Shown: positions 18,249-27,935, numbered from the stretch's first letter. The stretch is DNA of 64,000 nucleotides from Eubacteriales bacterium (GCA_045602325.1 JAZSBH010000132.1:20909-84908); one strand, 5' to 3'. Notes: generated by a model not told the origin, from the letters alone. Made by a program: numbers and translations.

Positions 18249-18704
18249 ATGGATTCTAAGGAAATGCTACGAAAGATCCGGGAAGCCAATCACCTGACAC
18301 AGGATGAAATGGCAGCCAGATTATTCGTTACCAGACAGGCAGTATCCCGATGGGAAACCGGGGAAGCCATTCCAAGCACGGATACCCTCAAACAGATCGC
18401 CAAAGAATTTGGGGTAAGTGTTGATGACATTCTTGGCGTGGAACGAGGAAGAAGATGCCAGAGCTGTACGTATCCGTTGCACAATCCCGAAGAATACGGC
18501 ACCAATGCCGATGGAACATGGAACACAGACTACTGCATCAACTGCTGGAAAGACGGAGCATGGGTGAAGCCTGACGAAACTGTGCAAGGGATCATTGACT
18601 ACACAATCCCCTTTATGACCTCCCCCACGTTTTCCAAGGAACAAGCTCGTGAATATCTGGAGAAGCTTGTACCGACTTTGAAACGCTGGAAAGAGCATCC
18701 ATGA
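18249..18704 (+). CDS. XRE-family HTH protein fused to a Cys-rich zinc-ribbon-like domain
   Basis: LTQDEMAARLFVTRQAVSRWETGEAIPSTDTLKQIAKEF is a classic XRE HTH, followed by C-QS-C ... C-IN-C. ATG 18249 lies 10 nt after AGGAGG. Confidence 0.75.
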   Translation: MDSKEMLRKIREANHLTQDEMAARLFVTRQAVSRWETGEAIPSTDTLKQIAKEFGVSVDDILGVERGRRCQSCTYPLHNPEEYGTNADGTWNTDYCINCWKDGAWVKPDETVQGIIDYTIPFMTSPTFSKEQAREYLEKLVPTLKRWKEHP

Positions 18705-18742
18705 AATTGGGACAGTAGAATTCAGGAATCTCACATTGACGA

Positions 18743-18791
18743 AACACCTGCCGATATGGTATAAAAGATACCGTAAAAGCAGGTGTTTTTT
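18743..18791 (+). terminator. intrinsic terminator
   Basis: Stem aacacctgc / gcaggtgtt enclosing an inner hairpin, followed by TTTTT. Confidence 0.65.
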
Positions 18792-18880
18792 GAACCATTT
18801 TTATCCAATTGATGGCTCAAATCGTAGAAGGAGTAGGAGGTTGTTTTCATAACAACTAATACGTCATTGAAACAATGTGA

Positions 18881-19248
18881 CTCTTATGGGGTGATTATGT
18901 TTCTGCGGAGAAAGTATACAGAGACGCGTTGTTGATTTATCCAAACAAACCCGGAATGATATTGGGACTTGCAGGAGTGTTGGCTTTGCGAGAAAAACAG
19001 AGGAAGCAATTGAGTTAATGGAACGTGGATTGTCTCTATCTGTTAACGAGAAGCAAAAAGCGACAATGCGTGCTGTTCTTTGTTTTTTGTATCTGAAGTG
19101 CGGAAATGCCGACAAAGCAAACGCACTGACTTCTGAACTCCTACACACAAGAGAAAGCCGAGAAGTGATTCAACCTTTAATTCATAAAGGGCTTGACGAT
19201 TCTGAAATAAATGCAAAGATCCGAAGTATTCTCTTGGGGACGGAATGA
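18881..19248 (+). pseudogene. 5'-truncated, frameshifted TPR-repeat gene remnant
   Basis: Two frames read through as ...AEKVYRDALLIYPNKPGMILGLAGVLALREKQ / EEAIELMERGLSLSVNEKQKATMRAVLCFLYLKCGNADKANALT..., with the shift near the A-run at ~18990. No start codon or RBS. Confidence 0.5.
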
Positions 19249-19354
19249 TATGTTCCATGAAAGATAAATCATCTTCGTCTGTATTATCCTACTGTCATCG
19301 AAATTGGCTCACAACGAAAAACCAAATTAAGAAACAAATAATGCGTTAAAAGCC

Positions 19355-19383
19355 TTGACAAAATAGAACATACGTGCTATAAT
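19355..19383 (+). promoter_or_regulatory. consensus sigma-A promoter heading the GyrI-like gene array
   Basis: TTGACA - 17 nt - TATAAT exactly. Confidence 0.7.
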
Positions 19384-19436
19384 ATTCCGAAATCGGAACA
19401 ATCAGATGTCGAAACTGATCTGTTTTCAAAAAGCTG

Positions 19437-19781
19437 TTGCGACGAACAACAGCATATGGACAATTTAATAAGCATTACCGAGATAAGAAACGGCCATGGT
19501 ATCCCTTGTGGTACTATTGGCTGTGTCTGTCGGAAATGCCGTTTGAGATAGCGAAGCCTGACCTTGACCGCTACAAGCCCGAAATTGTGAATTGGCTTGC
19601 AAACAAAAGCGCTGTTATGAACCGTGAAGACGATAAGATCATACACCCCGTACTCTTCTCCATCCTGCGGAATGCTCTGTGCCGATATGACGAATTTGCG
19701 TATATCAAGGACAGAAAGCCGTTTGTGAACGAGAAGGACGGGCGATTGTATTTCAATATGAAAAAGGAGGATCACACATGA
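19437..19781 (+). CDS. hypothetical protein (start uncertain)
   Basis: 114-aa ORF from a TTG without a clear RBS. Its stop overlaps the next start (ATGA), suggesting co-translation. I recognise no family. Confidence 0.4.
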   Translation: MRRTTAYGQFNKHYRDKKRPWYPLWYYWLCLSEMPFEIAKPDLDRYKPEIVNWLANKSAVMNREDDKIIHPVLFSILRNALCRYDEFAYIKDRKPFVNEKDGRLYFNMKKEDHT

Positions 19782-20287
19782 CCAACGAGAAAAATTCCAT
19801 CCGCATTATCACTCTCCCACCCATGACGGTGGCCGCCTGCCAATTTGTTGGCGACAACCCCGAGATGATCACGGGACAGATGCTGGATGAATTCGTCCTT
19901 TCCACCAACCTGCCCCAAATCAAGCCCGATCTCCGTCACTTCGGCTTCAACGCTCCCAACCCGGTGGATGCAAGCGGCTACCATGGCTACGAGCGCTGGG
20001 TCACCATCCCCGACGACATGGAGGTGCCTGCGCCTCTGGTCAAAAAGCATATTAACGGCGGTATTTTCGCTGCCCTCAAGATCGCCATGGGAGACTTCGA
20101 CGAATGGGGTAGGATGGACGACTGGGTACACAATAACCCCGACTACGAGGAGAACATCGTGTGCCGCGACGGCGGTTACGTGGACGGCATTTTAGAGGAG
20201 CATTTGGACTACGCCAATTACGTGACCGTTGAGGGCGCGGATGTGGCTGAGCTTGATCTGCTGTATGCGGTCAAGGCGAAGGCATGA
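19778..20287 (+). CDS. GyrI-like / AraC-effector-binding-domain small-molecule binding protein (copy 1)
   Basis: IRIITLPPMTVAA..., FGFNAPNP...GYHGYERWVTIPDDMEVPAPLVKK...GG pattern typical of stand-alone GyrI-like domains. Close paralog of the N-terminus of 21287-22828. Confidence 0.65.
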   Translation: MTNEKNSIRIITLPPMTVAACQFVGDNPEMITGQMLDEFVLSTNLPQIKPDLRHFGFNAPNPVDASGYHGYERWVTIPDDMEVPAPLVKKHINGGIFAALKIAMGDFDEWGRMDDWVHNNPDYEENIVCRDGGYVDGILEEHLDYANYVTVEGADVAELDLLYAVKAKA

Positions 20288-20309
20288 GGATATTAAGAAA
20301 GGACTACAG

Positions 20310-21290
20310 ATGTTTTTTCATCCGAATGAGACAGAATTCATAAACGATTTTCAGCGTAACGTCTGGCAACTGGGTATCCATGTCGTTCCGCTTGACGTAT
20401 CGCTCCCCTATTTATCGGATCCCGAAATGATCGAAGGATGCACGCAGGTATACGCGTGTACGATGGAGATTTTGCGTGATATGTATGAAAATCCCTGCTT
20501 GTATCAGGAAACCGGCCTGCTTGATTATGTTTTGTGGTTTTTCGAATGGCAAGATGGGATGCGAAAGGTGCCGGCCGGTATTCAGAAACGGAAAGGTCTG
20601 TATGACCGTATCAAGGCGCGGATGGCAAAATTCGGGTTTGTTCATAACGGAGAAGAGCTGATCAATCACAGGTATCCGCTGTTCATGAAATATTGGAGAC
20701 TGCTGCGTTCTCATAGTTCAAAATATATAGGTACCCAGTTTTGCGATTTTCGTATTTTGAACAGTAAGCCCGGAAAGCTTTGCGGGAAAGAAGATCTACT
20801 GCGTCCGCTACCGGATAAGGATCAGGCATACGCCGCCGAGCTGTACGATTATGCGCTGTCACTGGGGGCGAAGCGGATCCCGTATAACCAATACCGCAAG
20901 TATTGCTTTGCTTATCAGAAAAAACATATCATTCAGTTTGATCATGGCTGCGGGCTTTATGCCTCTGTCCCTTATAAAAATCAATATACAGGCGGTAGTG
21001 ATTCCATCACCGAGCTGCAAAGATTTGTTGAGATCGCAAAAGCTCAGCCTGACAGGGATGAATTGATACCGTACATACAGCAGGGCGTTATCCAATGTGG
21101 GAAATGTGGAAACTGCAACCGTCCTTTTGTTGATGTTGAAGGCAAACAAATTCAGCCTGCGGTATGTGTGACTGAAATCGGCAAAGAACGCACAGGAGGT
21201 CAAAGCCGTCATTACACCGATTACGATATCGCCATGCTGAAACGTATGATGGATATCAGAATGATACATATTGAAGGAGAAAATTTATGA
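20310..21290 (+). CDS. hypothetical protein, unknown family X (C-terminal Cys cluster), copy 1
   Basis: Homologous along its length to 26256-27266 (M-x-F-x-x-N-x-TEF...VWQ-G-H...PLDVSL...DPE..EGC). C-terminal C-GK-C-GN-C ... C. ATG 20310 preferred over ORF-track start 20229, which would overlap the preceding gene. Confidence 0.55.
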   Translation: MFFHPNETEFINDFQRNVWQLGIHVVPLDVSLPYLSDPEMIEGCTQVYACTMEILRDMYENPCLYQETGLLDYVLWFFEWQDGMRKVPAGIQKRKGLYDRIKARMAKFGFVHNGEELINHRYPLFMKYWRLLRSHSSKYIGTQFCDFRILNSKPGKLCGKEDLLRPLPDKDQAYAAELYDYALSLGAKRIPYNQYRKYCFAYQKKHIIQFDHGCGLYASVPYKNQYTGGSDSITELQRFVEIAKAQPDRDELIPYIQQGVIQCGKCGNCNRPFVDVEGKQIQPAVCVTEIGKERTGGQSRHYTDYDIAMLKRMMDIRMIHIEGENL

Positions 21291-22828
21291 GCAACGAAAA
21301 ATATCCCGTCCGCATCATCACCCTCCCCTCCATGACGGTGGCCGCCATTCACGTGGTCGGTCAGGATGAAAACGGCAACCACGCCGAGCATACGGGCGGA
21401 GTCTTGATGGAGGATTTCATTCGGGAAACCAATCTGAAATCCGTATATCCAGCAGCCAGACGGTTCGGCTTCAATAATCCCGACGGCATCCCCGATGACG
21501 ATCCCGCCCACGGTTACGAAAACTGGGTCTCCATTCCCGAGGACATGGAGGTGCCTGCGCCCTTTGTCAAAAAGCGTTTGGAAGGGGGGCTTTACGCCGC
21601 CAAAACCATTCCGGACGGTGCATGGGACGAGGGCTGGCTCCCGCTGCATGGCTGGGTCGATGCCAGCGACACCTATGATTTCCGCTGGGAGACGGTGGAA
21701 GGTGTGTGCGGCTGGCTGGAGGAGCCCATCGATCATTGGAATTGGGACAGCCAACAGGAGAAAAAGATCGATCTTTTGATGCCTGTGACGCAGAGAGGTT
21801 CATGCTTGGATGTAATTGACGCACAAGACACGACCGTGAAAATGGTAAGTGATGTGAGTGGCGGAAGCAAGCGCATACAAGGGATTCTTTGCGACGGTAT
21901 GAAAGGTGAAAACTACTGGCTCCACGGCTGTATGAAATACATAGCGGCGTGTCTGGATCTGCCGGCACAATACAATTATCAATTTTTTAACTGTTATTCA
22001 GGTGATAGTGTTATGCAAATATTCGCCAAAAATCCGAGCGTAGAAGCGTGGTCATATTCGCATGAATGTACCCGCGAGGCACTGGAGCGTTGCTTTTTTG
22101 CTATTGGCCATGATTTTACTTATATTGCATCGGTGGATAATGCAGTAGATTGGCTGCCCAGGATTCGTGAATCCATTGATCGCGGACTGCCGGTTATTGC
22201 AAGAGGGGGCGGAAAGACCGATGGACTGCAAATTGATTTCAATTGTATTGTTGGATATGATGACGGGGCATTGTATTATTTATTCTGCGACAAAGAACAG
22301 CCATCCCCTGCGACCGAATATGATTTTACGGAGCTTGTATTTATCGGTGAAAAAATTTCTGACCCGATCGCGCTTGCTGAAGGATATATGGAGGCATTGT
22401 GTCGCGTTCCCTCTTTGTTGACGAAGCCTGCTACCGAAAAACTGTCCTTCGGTATACAAGCATTTGAGGACTGGGCAGATCAACTGTCTGACGGTTCTCT
22501 TGCAGATTATGACAATCACAATGTATGGTCGGTTCACGGAACGTATCTGTGTATGCTTGGCTCAAACGACGGCGGGTTTGGTTTATTTGATAAGGTGATG
22601 GAATATCACCCCGAAATGACGTGGCTTGCGGACGTGAAAAAGCAGTATGATGAGCTTTCGGACATTTTCCAGACTCTTGCATATCGTGACGGCGGTGTGT
22701 GCGGCGGATTCGATATGAAACCGGAAGATGTTCGGGATCCGGAAAAGATGAGGCCAGCATGTGAGCTGATTCGTCGCGCGGCGGAAGTGACAAGAACGAT
22801 TGCCGAATGTATCAAAGATCATATGTGA
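21287..22828 (+). CDS. GyrI-like domain (copy 2) fused to a ~330-aa C-terminal domain of unknown function
   Basis: The first ~165 aa align with 19778-20287 (RIITLPSMTVAA..., HGYENWVSIPEDMEVPAPFVKK). I recognise no motif in the remainder. The start overlaps the upstream stop. Confidence 0.6.
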   Translation: MSNEKYPVRIITLPSMTVAAIHVVGQDENGNHAEHTGGVLMEDFIRETNLKSVYPAARRFGFNNPDGIPDDDPAHGYENWVSIPEDMEVPAPFVKKRLEGGLYAAKTIPDGAWDEGWLPLHGWVDASDTYDFRWETVEGVCGWLEEPIDHWNWDSQQEKKIDLLMPVTQRGSCLDVIDAQDTTVKMVSDVSGGSKRIQGILCDGMKGENYWLHGCMKYIAACLDLPAQYNYQFFNCYSGDSVMQIFAKNPSVEAWSYSHECTREALERCFFAIGHDFTYIASVDNAVDWLPRIRESIDRGLPVIARGGGKTDGLQIDFNCIVGYDDGALYYLFCDKEQPSPATEYDFTELVFIGEKISDPIALAEGYMEALCRVPSLLTKPATEKLSFGIQAFEDWADQLSDGSLADYDNHNVWSVHGTYLCMLGSNDGGFGLFDKVMEYHPEMTWLADVKKQYDELSDIFQTLAYRDGGVCGGFDMKPEDVRDPEKMRPACELIRRAAEVTRTIAECIKDHM

Positions 22829-22865
22829 AATCTTATCACATTCAAGGTCAACTTATGGTATCCCC

Positions 22866-22922
22866 ATGCTGAAACGTATGATGGATATCAGGATGATACA
22901 TATAAGAGAGGAAAACTTATAA
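22866..22922 (+). pseudogene. orphan 3' end of a family-X gene (duplicate of 21234-21290)
   Basis: atgctgaaacgtatgatggatatcag(g/a)atgatacata... encodes MLKRMMDIRMIHI..., the same peptide as the last 18 codons of 20310-21290. No upstream coding body. Confidence 0.6.
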
Positions 22923-22944
22923 ACAGAGAAAGGAACCATGAACC

Positions 22945-23499
22945 ATGAGAAAATTACACCCCCAGGAAACGCTGATCGAGACTTTCCAATATAAAGGCAT
23001 TTCCGTTGATCTTGTCAAGTGGGAGAAGTCTATCTGGTGCGGCAGCCTGGGATACGCGGATAACCCGGAGGACGAGCTGGATGTCGGTGCCATTTCGGAC
23101 GCATTTCTGGCCATAGATACCGCATCGATTCGCGGGCGCCTGGAGCCGGAAGGAAACGTTTGCATGAATATCCATCATATTCAGCAGACCCCTCCGGTGG
23201 GGGTCATGTTCGCGTATCTTGTGGACACCGAACAGCAGCCCGAGGACTTGGACGTGTTCAAGCTGCCGGCAGGGCAGTATATGTGCATCCCCCTGGGTGA
23301 TAACAGCATTGCGACAGACATCGGTGTCGAGCCCTGGTATGGAGGCCCTCCTCCTCACGAGTGGGTAGGAGAGCATATTGCCCCTCACTTCGGATATGCC
23401 TGTGCGGGAGACGCTTTACCCGTGATCGAGTATTATGCCTGTGAAAACGGAGAGTGGCATGCCTGGATGTATGTGCCCGTGGAAAAAGGCTTGCGGTGA
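22945..23499 (+). CDS. probable GyrI-like / Cass2-like ligand-binding protein (copy 3)
   Basis: 184 aa. Size, beta-rich pattern and FKLPAGQYMCIPL ... EYYACENGEWHAWMYVPVEK resemble GyrI-like folds. Weaker call than copies 1, 2 and 4. Confidence 0.4.
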   Translation: MRKLHPQETLIETFQYKGISVDLVKWEKSIWCGSLGYADNPEDELDVGAISDAFLAIDTASIRGRLEPEGNVCMNIHHIQQTPPVGVMFAYLVDTEQQPEDLDVFKLPAGQYMCIPLGDNSIATDIGVEPWYGGPPPHEWVGEHIAPHFGYACAGDALPVIEYYACENGEWHAWMYVPVEKGLR

Positions 23500-23618
23500 A
23501 AATGTGCCCCCAACTGTACTCTGTTATAAAACCGTGCAGAAAATCTTGGAAATTGCAAGGTGTTTGATGCTTCCATATGCTATAATTATCTCATATTTTA
23601 TCAGGAGGTAAGAGAAAC

Positions 23619-24566
23619 ATGGAATGGATCAATCAACTCAATCAAGTCGTTTCTTACATCGAACAGCATCTGGAGGATGAAATTTCATACTCCGAGATGG
23701 AGAAAATGTGCCACTGCTCACTTCCCAAGCTTCAGCAGATGTTTTTGACCGCTTGCGGAATCTCTGTGAGCGAATACATCCGCAATCGGCGAATGACGGT
23801 GGCGGCGGAAGAACTGCTGAACACCGATACCAAGATCATCGATCTGGCTTTGAAGCTGGGCTATGATTCCCCGGAGGCTTTCACAAGAGCCTACCGAGTA
23901 TTTCACGGCGTAACGCCCTCGGAAACGCGAAAAACAGGGACTCGTGAGACCTATTTTCCCATATCCTTACAGATTCACGTCTATGGAGGCAAATATAAGG
24001 TGGGCTCTGAGGCGGTCATGCGCTTTGAAACGGAAAGGCTCATCATCCGTAGATTTAAGACCGAGGATTGGAAGGATTTGCAGGAGATTGCCGTGACCAA
24101 CGCATATTCTGAGTTCGGTGACTGTGATGAGCAGTGGCCGCTGGATGATGACGGTGTCAAGGATATGTGCGCCTACATCGCAGGGGAAAACGAGATTTGG
24201 GCGGTGGAGGTAAAAGCCTTGAAAAAGGTGGTCTGCTTTATCAACTTCAACGGTATCAATGAAAAGCATAGCCTGAATATCGGCCACGTTATCAATCTGG
24301 ACTATTTGGGAAACGATTATGAATATGAGGCGCTGAAAGCCTTGTATAATTATGGCTTTTTAGAGCTTGGCGTACAAGATATTTCTGCTACCTGGACACT
24401 GGCAGACCGAGAAAAACGGATGCCTCTTGAAAAATTGGGCATGAAGGTGGTTCACACCTTTATGGCGGACAAGTTCAGACCCAATGCGGACGGTACGGTT
24501 TCGCAATTTGAGGCCTGCCGCCTTGTGGTGACCAAGCATGATTGGATCACCCATCCGGTTTCGTAA
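23619..24566 (+). CDS. AraC-family HTH domain fused to a GNAT (RimJ/RimL-like) acetyltransferase domain
   Basis: N-terminal AraC double HTH (ISYSEMEKMCHCSLPKLQQMF...IIDLALKLGYDSPEAFTRAYRVFHGVTPSETRK). C-terminal FETERLIIRRFKTEDWKDL... is GNAT-like. Confidence 0.7.
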   Translation: MEWINQLNQVVSYIEQHLEDEISYSEMEKMCHCSLPKLQQMFLTACGISVSEYIRNRRMTVAAEELLNTDTKIIDLALKLGYDSPEAFTRAYRVFHGVTPSETRKTGTRETYFPISLQIHVYGGKYKVGSEAVMRFETERLIIRRFKTEDWKDLQEIAVTNAYSEFGDCDEQWPLDDDGVKDMCAYIAGENEIWAVEVKALKKVVCFINFNGINEKHSLNIGHVINLDYLGNDYEYEALKALYNYGFLELGVQDISATWTLADREKRMPLEKLGMKVVHTFMADKFRPNADGTVSQFEACRLVVTKHDWITHPVS

Positions 24567-24597
24567 GAAAATTACATATGAAGAAGGAGGACAAACC

Positions 24598-25110
24598 ATG
24601 ATCCTTACCCAGCTGGAAGAAAAATGCGCTGATTTTATCCGTGCCGAGGACAAGGAATTTGTTGTCGCCGTTACGCAGGCGCTGAAAGAACTGGGCTACA
24701 CCCACAACGGCCTTGAAAAAGGTTATATGTGGGGAAAGTACATGATGATTTTTCGCAAGGCGGGGGTGAAATCCAAAAAAGTGTACGCCAGAATGTACAT
24801 ACAGGAAAACCATATTGTCCTGCGGATGTATTTCAGCAACGTGACTAAGCACGCTGCCTACATCGAGGGCTGTCCGGATTTTATCAAGAATGTGTTTGTG
24901 GGTGAATACGCCAACTGCGGGCATTGCAGCGGCGAGGATTGCGTCCACCGCAAACGCTACGAAATCAGCGGCGTGAAATACGAAAAATGTGACGGCTATA
25001 CCTTTGAATTTCACGATACAACTATGGAAAATCTGCCCGATTATCTGGGGCTGTTCTGTGAGTTTTTTCCGCCCAAGAAAACCGTAAAAGGAGATTCTCA
25101 TGACCTTTGA
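24598..25110 (+). CDS. hypothetical Cys-rich protein resembling the C-terminal half of family X
   Basis: ATG 24598 follows GAAGGAGG. C-GH-C-SGED-C ... C motif. Its first 34 codons are duplicated at 29004. Confidence 0.5.
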   Translation: MILTQLEEKCADFIRAEDKEFVVAVTQALKELGYTHNGLEKGYMWGKYMMIFRKAGVKSKKVYARMYIQENHIVLRMYFSNVTKHAAYIEGCPDFIKNVFVGEYANCGHCSGEDCVHRKRYEISGVKYEKCDGYTFEFHDTTMENLPDYLGLFCEFFPPKKTVKGDSHDL

Positions 25111-26179
25111 CCGCAACCAAGCCGTAGAGAAAGAGACTATGAAAGCCAAAATGATTGCGTTTCTGTTGGAACATGCGAATCCTTCCATTAAAATGCGTGT
25201 AAAACAGGAAGTTTTACATACGTGTACAAGTGACGAAGTGGAAGCATATCAAAAACAAATCATGAGCGAACCCATTGTTCAAAAGATCATTTCTCTTCAA
25301 CAAGAAAATGGCTGGATCGGAAACGGACTCCATGGTTCCTTTGACTCACAGGAGGGCGCCACCAAGTACCTTGCAGAAAAAGGCATGGATAGAAATAGCC
25401 ATGTTATGCAACACGCCATGGACGCATTTGCTACCACTCCGCTCGATCATCCATACTATACGTCCACAGGGCGTATCTTAGATGTATATCAGTATCCCAC
25501 TGTGGGCAATAACCTGATACGCGCAGCTTGTGTGGCTCGTGCCGGGTATGATGACATGATAGACATAGAACCACTCATACAGTTGTCCTTAGACTCCTTC
25601 CGTCGAGTGCTGGAGGTTGATTCGATTCTGGGTGTTTCGCATATCGCACAGGGAAACCGCCGCGTATTCAATGAGTATGAAAAATGGCCTTGCCGTTACC
25701 ATCTTGATATTCTGGCGCACACGGATTGCTGGAAAAACGAAAGAAATATCAAAATGCTTGCCGATTCCTTCACGAAAATAATGAAAAACGACAGACAGGA
25801 ATTGATTGGTTTGAAAGCCGATGTCTGGGTAGGACATATTTTAGGTGCTTGCGAATGCTTTCCCTCGCAAGGGTTCAGCCTGAAAAGAATAGAGCAGAAA
25901 ACCGGCAATCCCTATTTTCATATGGAGTATATCGAATGGCTTGCACGATGCGGCGTTATTCCTTATATACCCGTTATGCGTGATATAGTCCACGAAATAA
26001 CCTGTGCCGTTGATGCAAATGGCGTGTGTCAAACATATCCTGGTGAGTTTATGTTTCGGAAATGGGGACCGTATGCCGGATTGCAATTAGAAATTGATTG
26101 GAAGTCCCGTGTGAGAAGAGCGTGTGACGTAACCTTCCGCGCTCTTATGATCCTGCATTACGCAGATCATGCAAATTGA
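25100..26179 (+). CDS. hypothetical protein (helical, possible alpha/alpha-toroid); N-terminus chimeric
   Basis: 359-aa ORF. The RBS plus first 6 codons (MTFDRN) match those of 26256-27266, after which the sequences are unrelated. The true start could be the internal MKAKM. Confidence 0.45.
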   Translation: MTFDRNQAVEKETMKAKMIAFLLEHANPSIKMRVKQEVLHTCTSDEVEAYQKQIMSEPIVQKIISLQQENGWIGNGLHGSFDSQEGATKYLAEKGMDRNSHVMQHAMDAFATTPLDHPYYTSTGRILDVYQYPTVGNNLIRAACVARAGYDDMIDIEPLIQLSLDSFRRVLEVDSILGVSHIAQGNRRVFNEYEKWPCRYHLDILAHTDCWKNERNIKMLADSFTKIMKNDRQELIGLKADVWVGHILGACECFPSQGFSLKRIEQKTGNPYFHMEYIEWLARCGVIPYIPVMRDIVHEITCAVDANGVCQTYPGEFMFRKWGPYAGLQLEIDWKSRVRRACDVTFRALMILHYADHAN

Positions 26180-26255
26180 TGTTGATATATGCGAGACACT
26201 GCTATCACAATTATTTGTTATGCAAAGTTAAAACTAAAGTAAAAAGGAGACTCTC

Positions 26256-27266
26256 ATGACCTTTGACCGCAACAAAACCGAGTTCGCCTCCCCTCTCCAA
26301 AGGGAGGTCTGGCAGCAGGGTGTCCACATCATGCCCCTTGACGTTTCCTTGGCCGACGTGACTGACCCCGAGACCCGTGAGGGATGTAGACAGATCTACG
26401 ACTGCATCATGGAGATCCTCGCGGATATGTACGAGCATACCGAGGCATACAGCCAGAGTCCCCGTTGCTACACAGGAGACTATCTTGTGTGGCTGACGAG
26501 CGGATTAAAGCCTCTGAAAAAGTATACAGAGGAATACGATCGCTATCTGCAAAGACTCCCGCAGTTCGGCTTCGTTTGCGAGGAAGTCAGCGGCGAATGG
26601 TCAAACCCGCGCTACCCGCTGTTCTTTGCTTATTATCCCCGAATGGCACAGCTTTGGAGGGAGCGCAAGAAGAATCTGGGCGGTTACTTGGAGCGCCTGG
26701 ACTTTCGCCTGTTCGCACCCAAGATCAAGCTGTCCTTGGACGACATCCTCCGTCCCTTGTCGGATGCAGATCGGAAAGTATGTCTTGATCTGCACGAATT
26801 TGCCCTGTCCAAGGGGTTGAAGCCGGAGCTGAAGAACCCGTATACGATCCGCTATCTCTACAAGAAGCTCTATTCCTTCGAGCTTCACAATCACCCCTTC
26901 CGCGTGCAGGTCATCTATCGGCTGGATAACAAAAGGGTTCTCATTGAATCTCTGGATCGCTTCCTGCAAGTGGCGCGGGAACAGTTCGACCGTGATGAAC
27001 TGATCGCCTACATCCAAGGCGGTATTTGCGTATGTAACGCCTGCAACGGTGCAAGGGCATTTGATAATCGTTGCGGCGTTTGGGTGGATATTGACGGTGT
27101 GCGGCGGTTGGCCGCCATGCCCTGTAGCTCTGCCATCGACAAGTACCGCAGAGGGAAGGATACCTGCTACACCGAAGAGGATGTGCGAGCGCTGAAACGG
27201 CTGTTGGAGGTGCGCGTGGAGCAGGTAGATGCGTATGTGGACAGAGCACAACCAAATAAAGTTTAA
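26256..27266 (+). CDS. hypothetical protein, unknown family X, copy 2
   Basis: Full-length homolog of 20310-21290 with C-NA-C ... C ... C in the C-terminal part. GGAGA RBS. Confidence 0.55.
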   Translation: MTFDRNKTEFASPLQREVWQQGVHIMPLDVSLADVTDPETREGCRQIYDCIMEILADMYEHTEAYSQSPRCYTGDYLVWLTSGLKPLKKYTEEYDRYLQRLPQFGFVCEEVSGEWSNPRYPLFFAYYPRMAQLWRERKKNLGGYLERLDFRLFAPKIKLSLDDILRPLSDADRKVCLDLHEFALSKGLKPELKNPYTIRYLYKKLYSFELHNHPFRVQVIYRLDNKRVLIESLDRFLQVAREQFDRDELIAYIQGGICVCNACNGARAFDNRCGVWVDIDGVRRLAAMPCSSAIDKYRRGKDTCYTEEDVRALKRLLEVRVEQVDAYVDRAQPNKV

Positions 27267-27341
27267 CATAAGAAACATATGGACGAATAGTAAACGAGTA
27301 ACAAAAAACATTGCTTGCTAAGTAACTTAAAGGAGATTTAC

Positions 27342-27935
27342 ATGGGTAAAAGAACACCAAAATTAAAGCATCACTACGAAGTGTTTCCCGTTCTGGAAAC
27401 CGAGCGTTTGGTCTTGCGGCAGATCGTTCCCGCCGACGCAGAGGCGGTCAATGAGTTGATTACAGACCCCGAAATGTACCGCTATTGGGGTGCGCCTCTT
27501 TCAAACAATGAAAAAAGCGGAGACCGTTACATCCGCCGAAATCTTACCCCCAAGCCCCATCAAACCCCTAATGGCATTACGTGGGGGATCGCTTTCAAAG
27601 AGGACGACCGCATCATCGGGGAGATATTCATCATCAAAATTGAAGAAAACCGTCAAGCCGACATCGGTTATCGCATTACTATGAAGTGTCAGAATCAAGG
27701 CATCGCCTCGGAGGCTGTCGGTGCCGTGGTTCGCTTCTGCTTTGAGCAGACCGAACTACAACGGCTTCAGGCTACGGTTGCCCTTGAAAATGAAGCATCG
27801 TATAAGGTGCTTGAGAAAAACGGCTTTGTGCGTGAAGGACTTTTGAGACAAGCCAAGTTTGTTCGTGAATGGAGAGACTATTATATTTACAGCTTTTTGC
27901 GTGAGGATTATATGGCATTGGCGAAAAGCGAATAA
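27342..27935 (+). CDS. GNAT-family N-acetyltransferase (RimJ/RimL-like)
   Basis: LETERLVLRQIVPADAEAV, QNQGIASEAVGAVVRFCF, ENEASYKVLEKNGF. ATG 27342 is 7 nt after AAGGAG. Confidence 0.8.
   Translation: MGKRTPKLKHHYEVFPVLETERLVLRQIVPADAEAVNELITDPEMYRYWGAPLSNNEKSGDRYIRRNLTPKPHQTPNGITWGIAFKEDDRIIGEIFIIKIEENRQADIGYRITMKCQNQGIASEAVGAVVRFCFEQTELQRLQATVALENEASYKVLEKNGFVREGLLRQAKFVREWRDYYIYSFLREDYMALAKSE

Noticed and set aside
17785-18250. Direct repeat of the tRNA-Glu 3' end at the left edge of the island (classical tRNA-targeting att duplication)
   Set aside because: I found only a vague ggttc...cgtac resemblance at ~17806, in the wrong orientation. No convincing repeat was found by eye, so a computed alignment is still needed.
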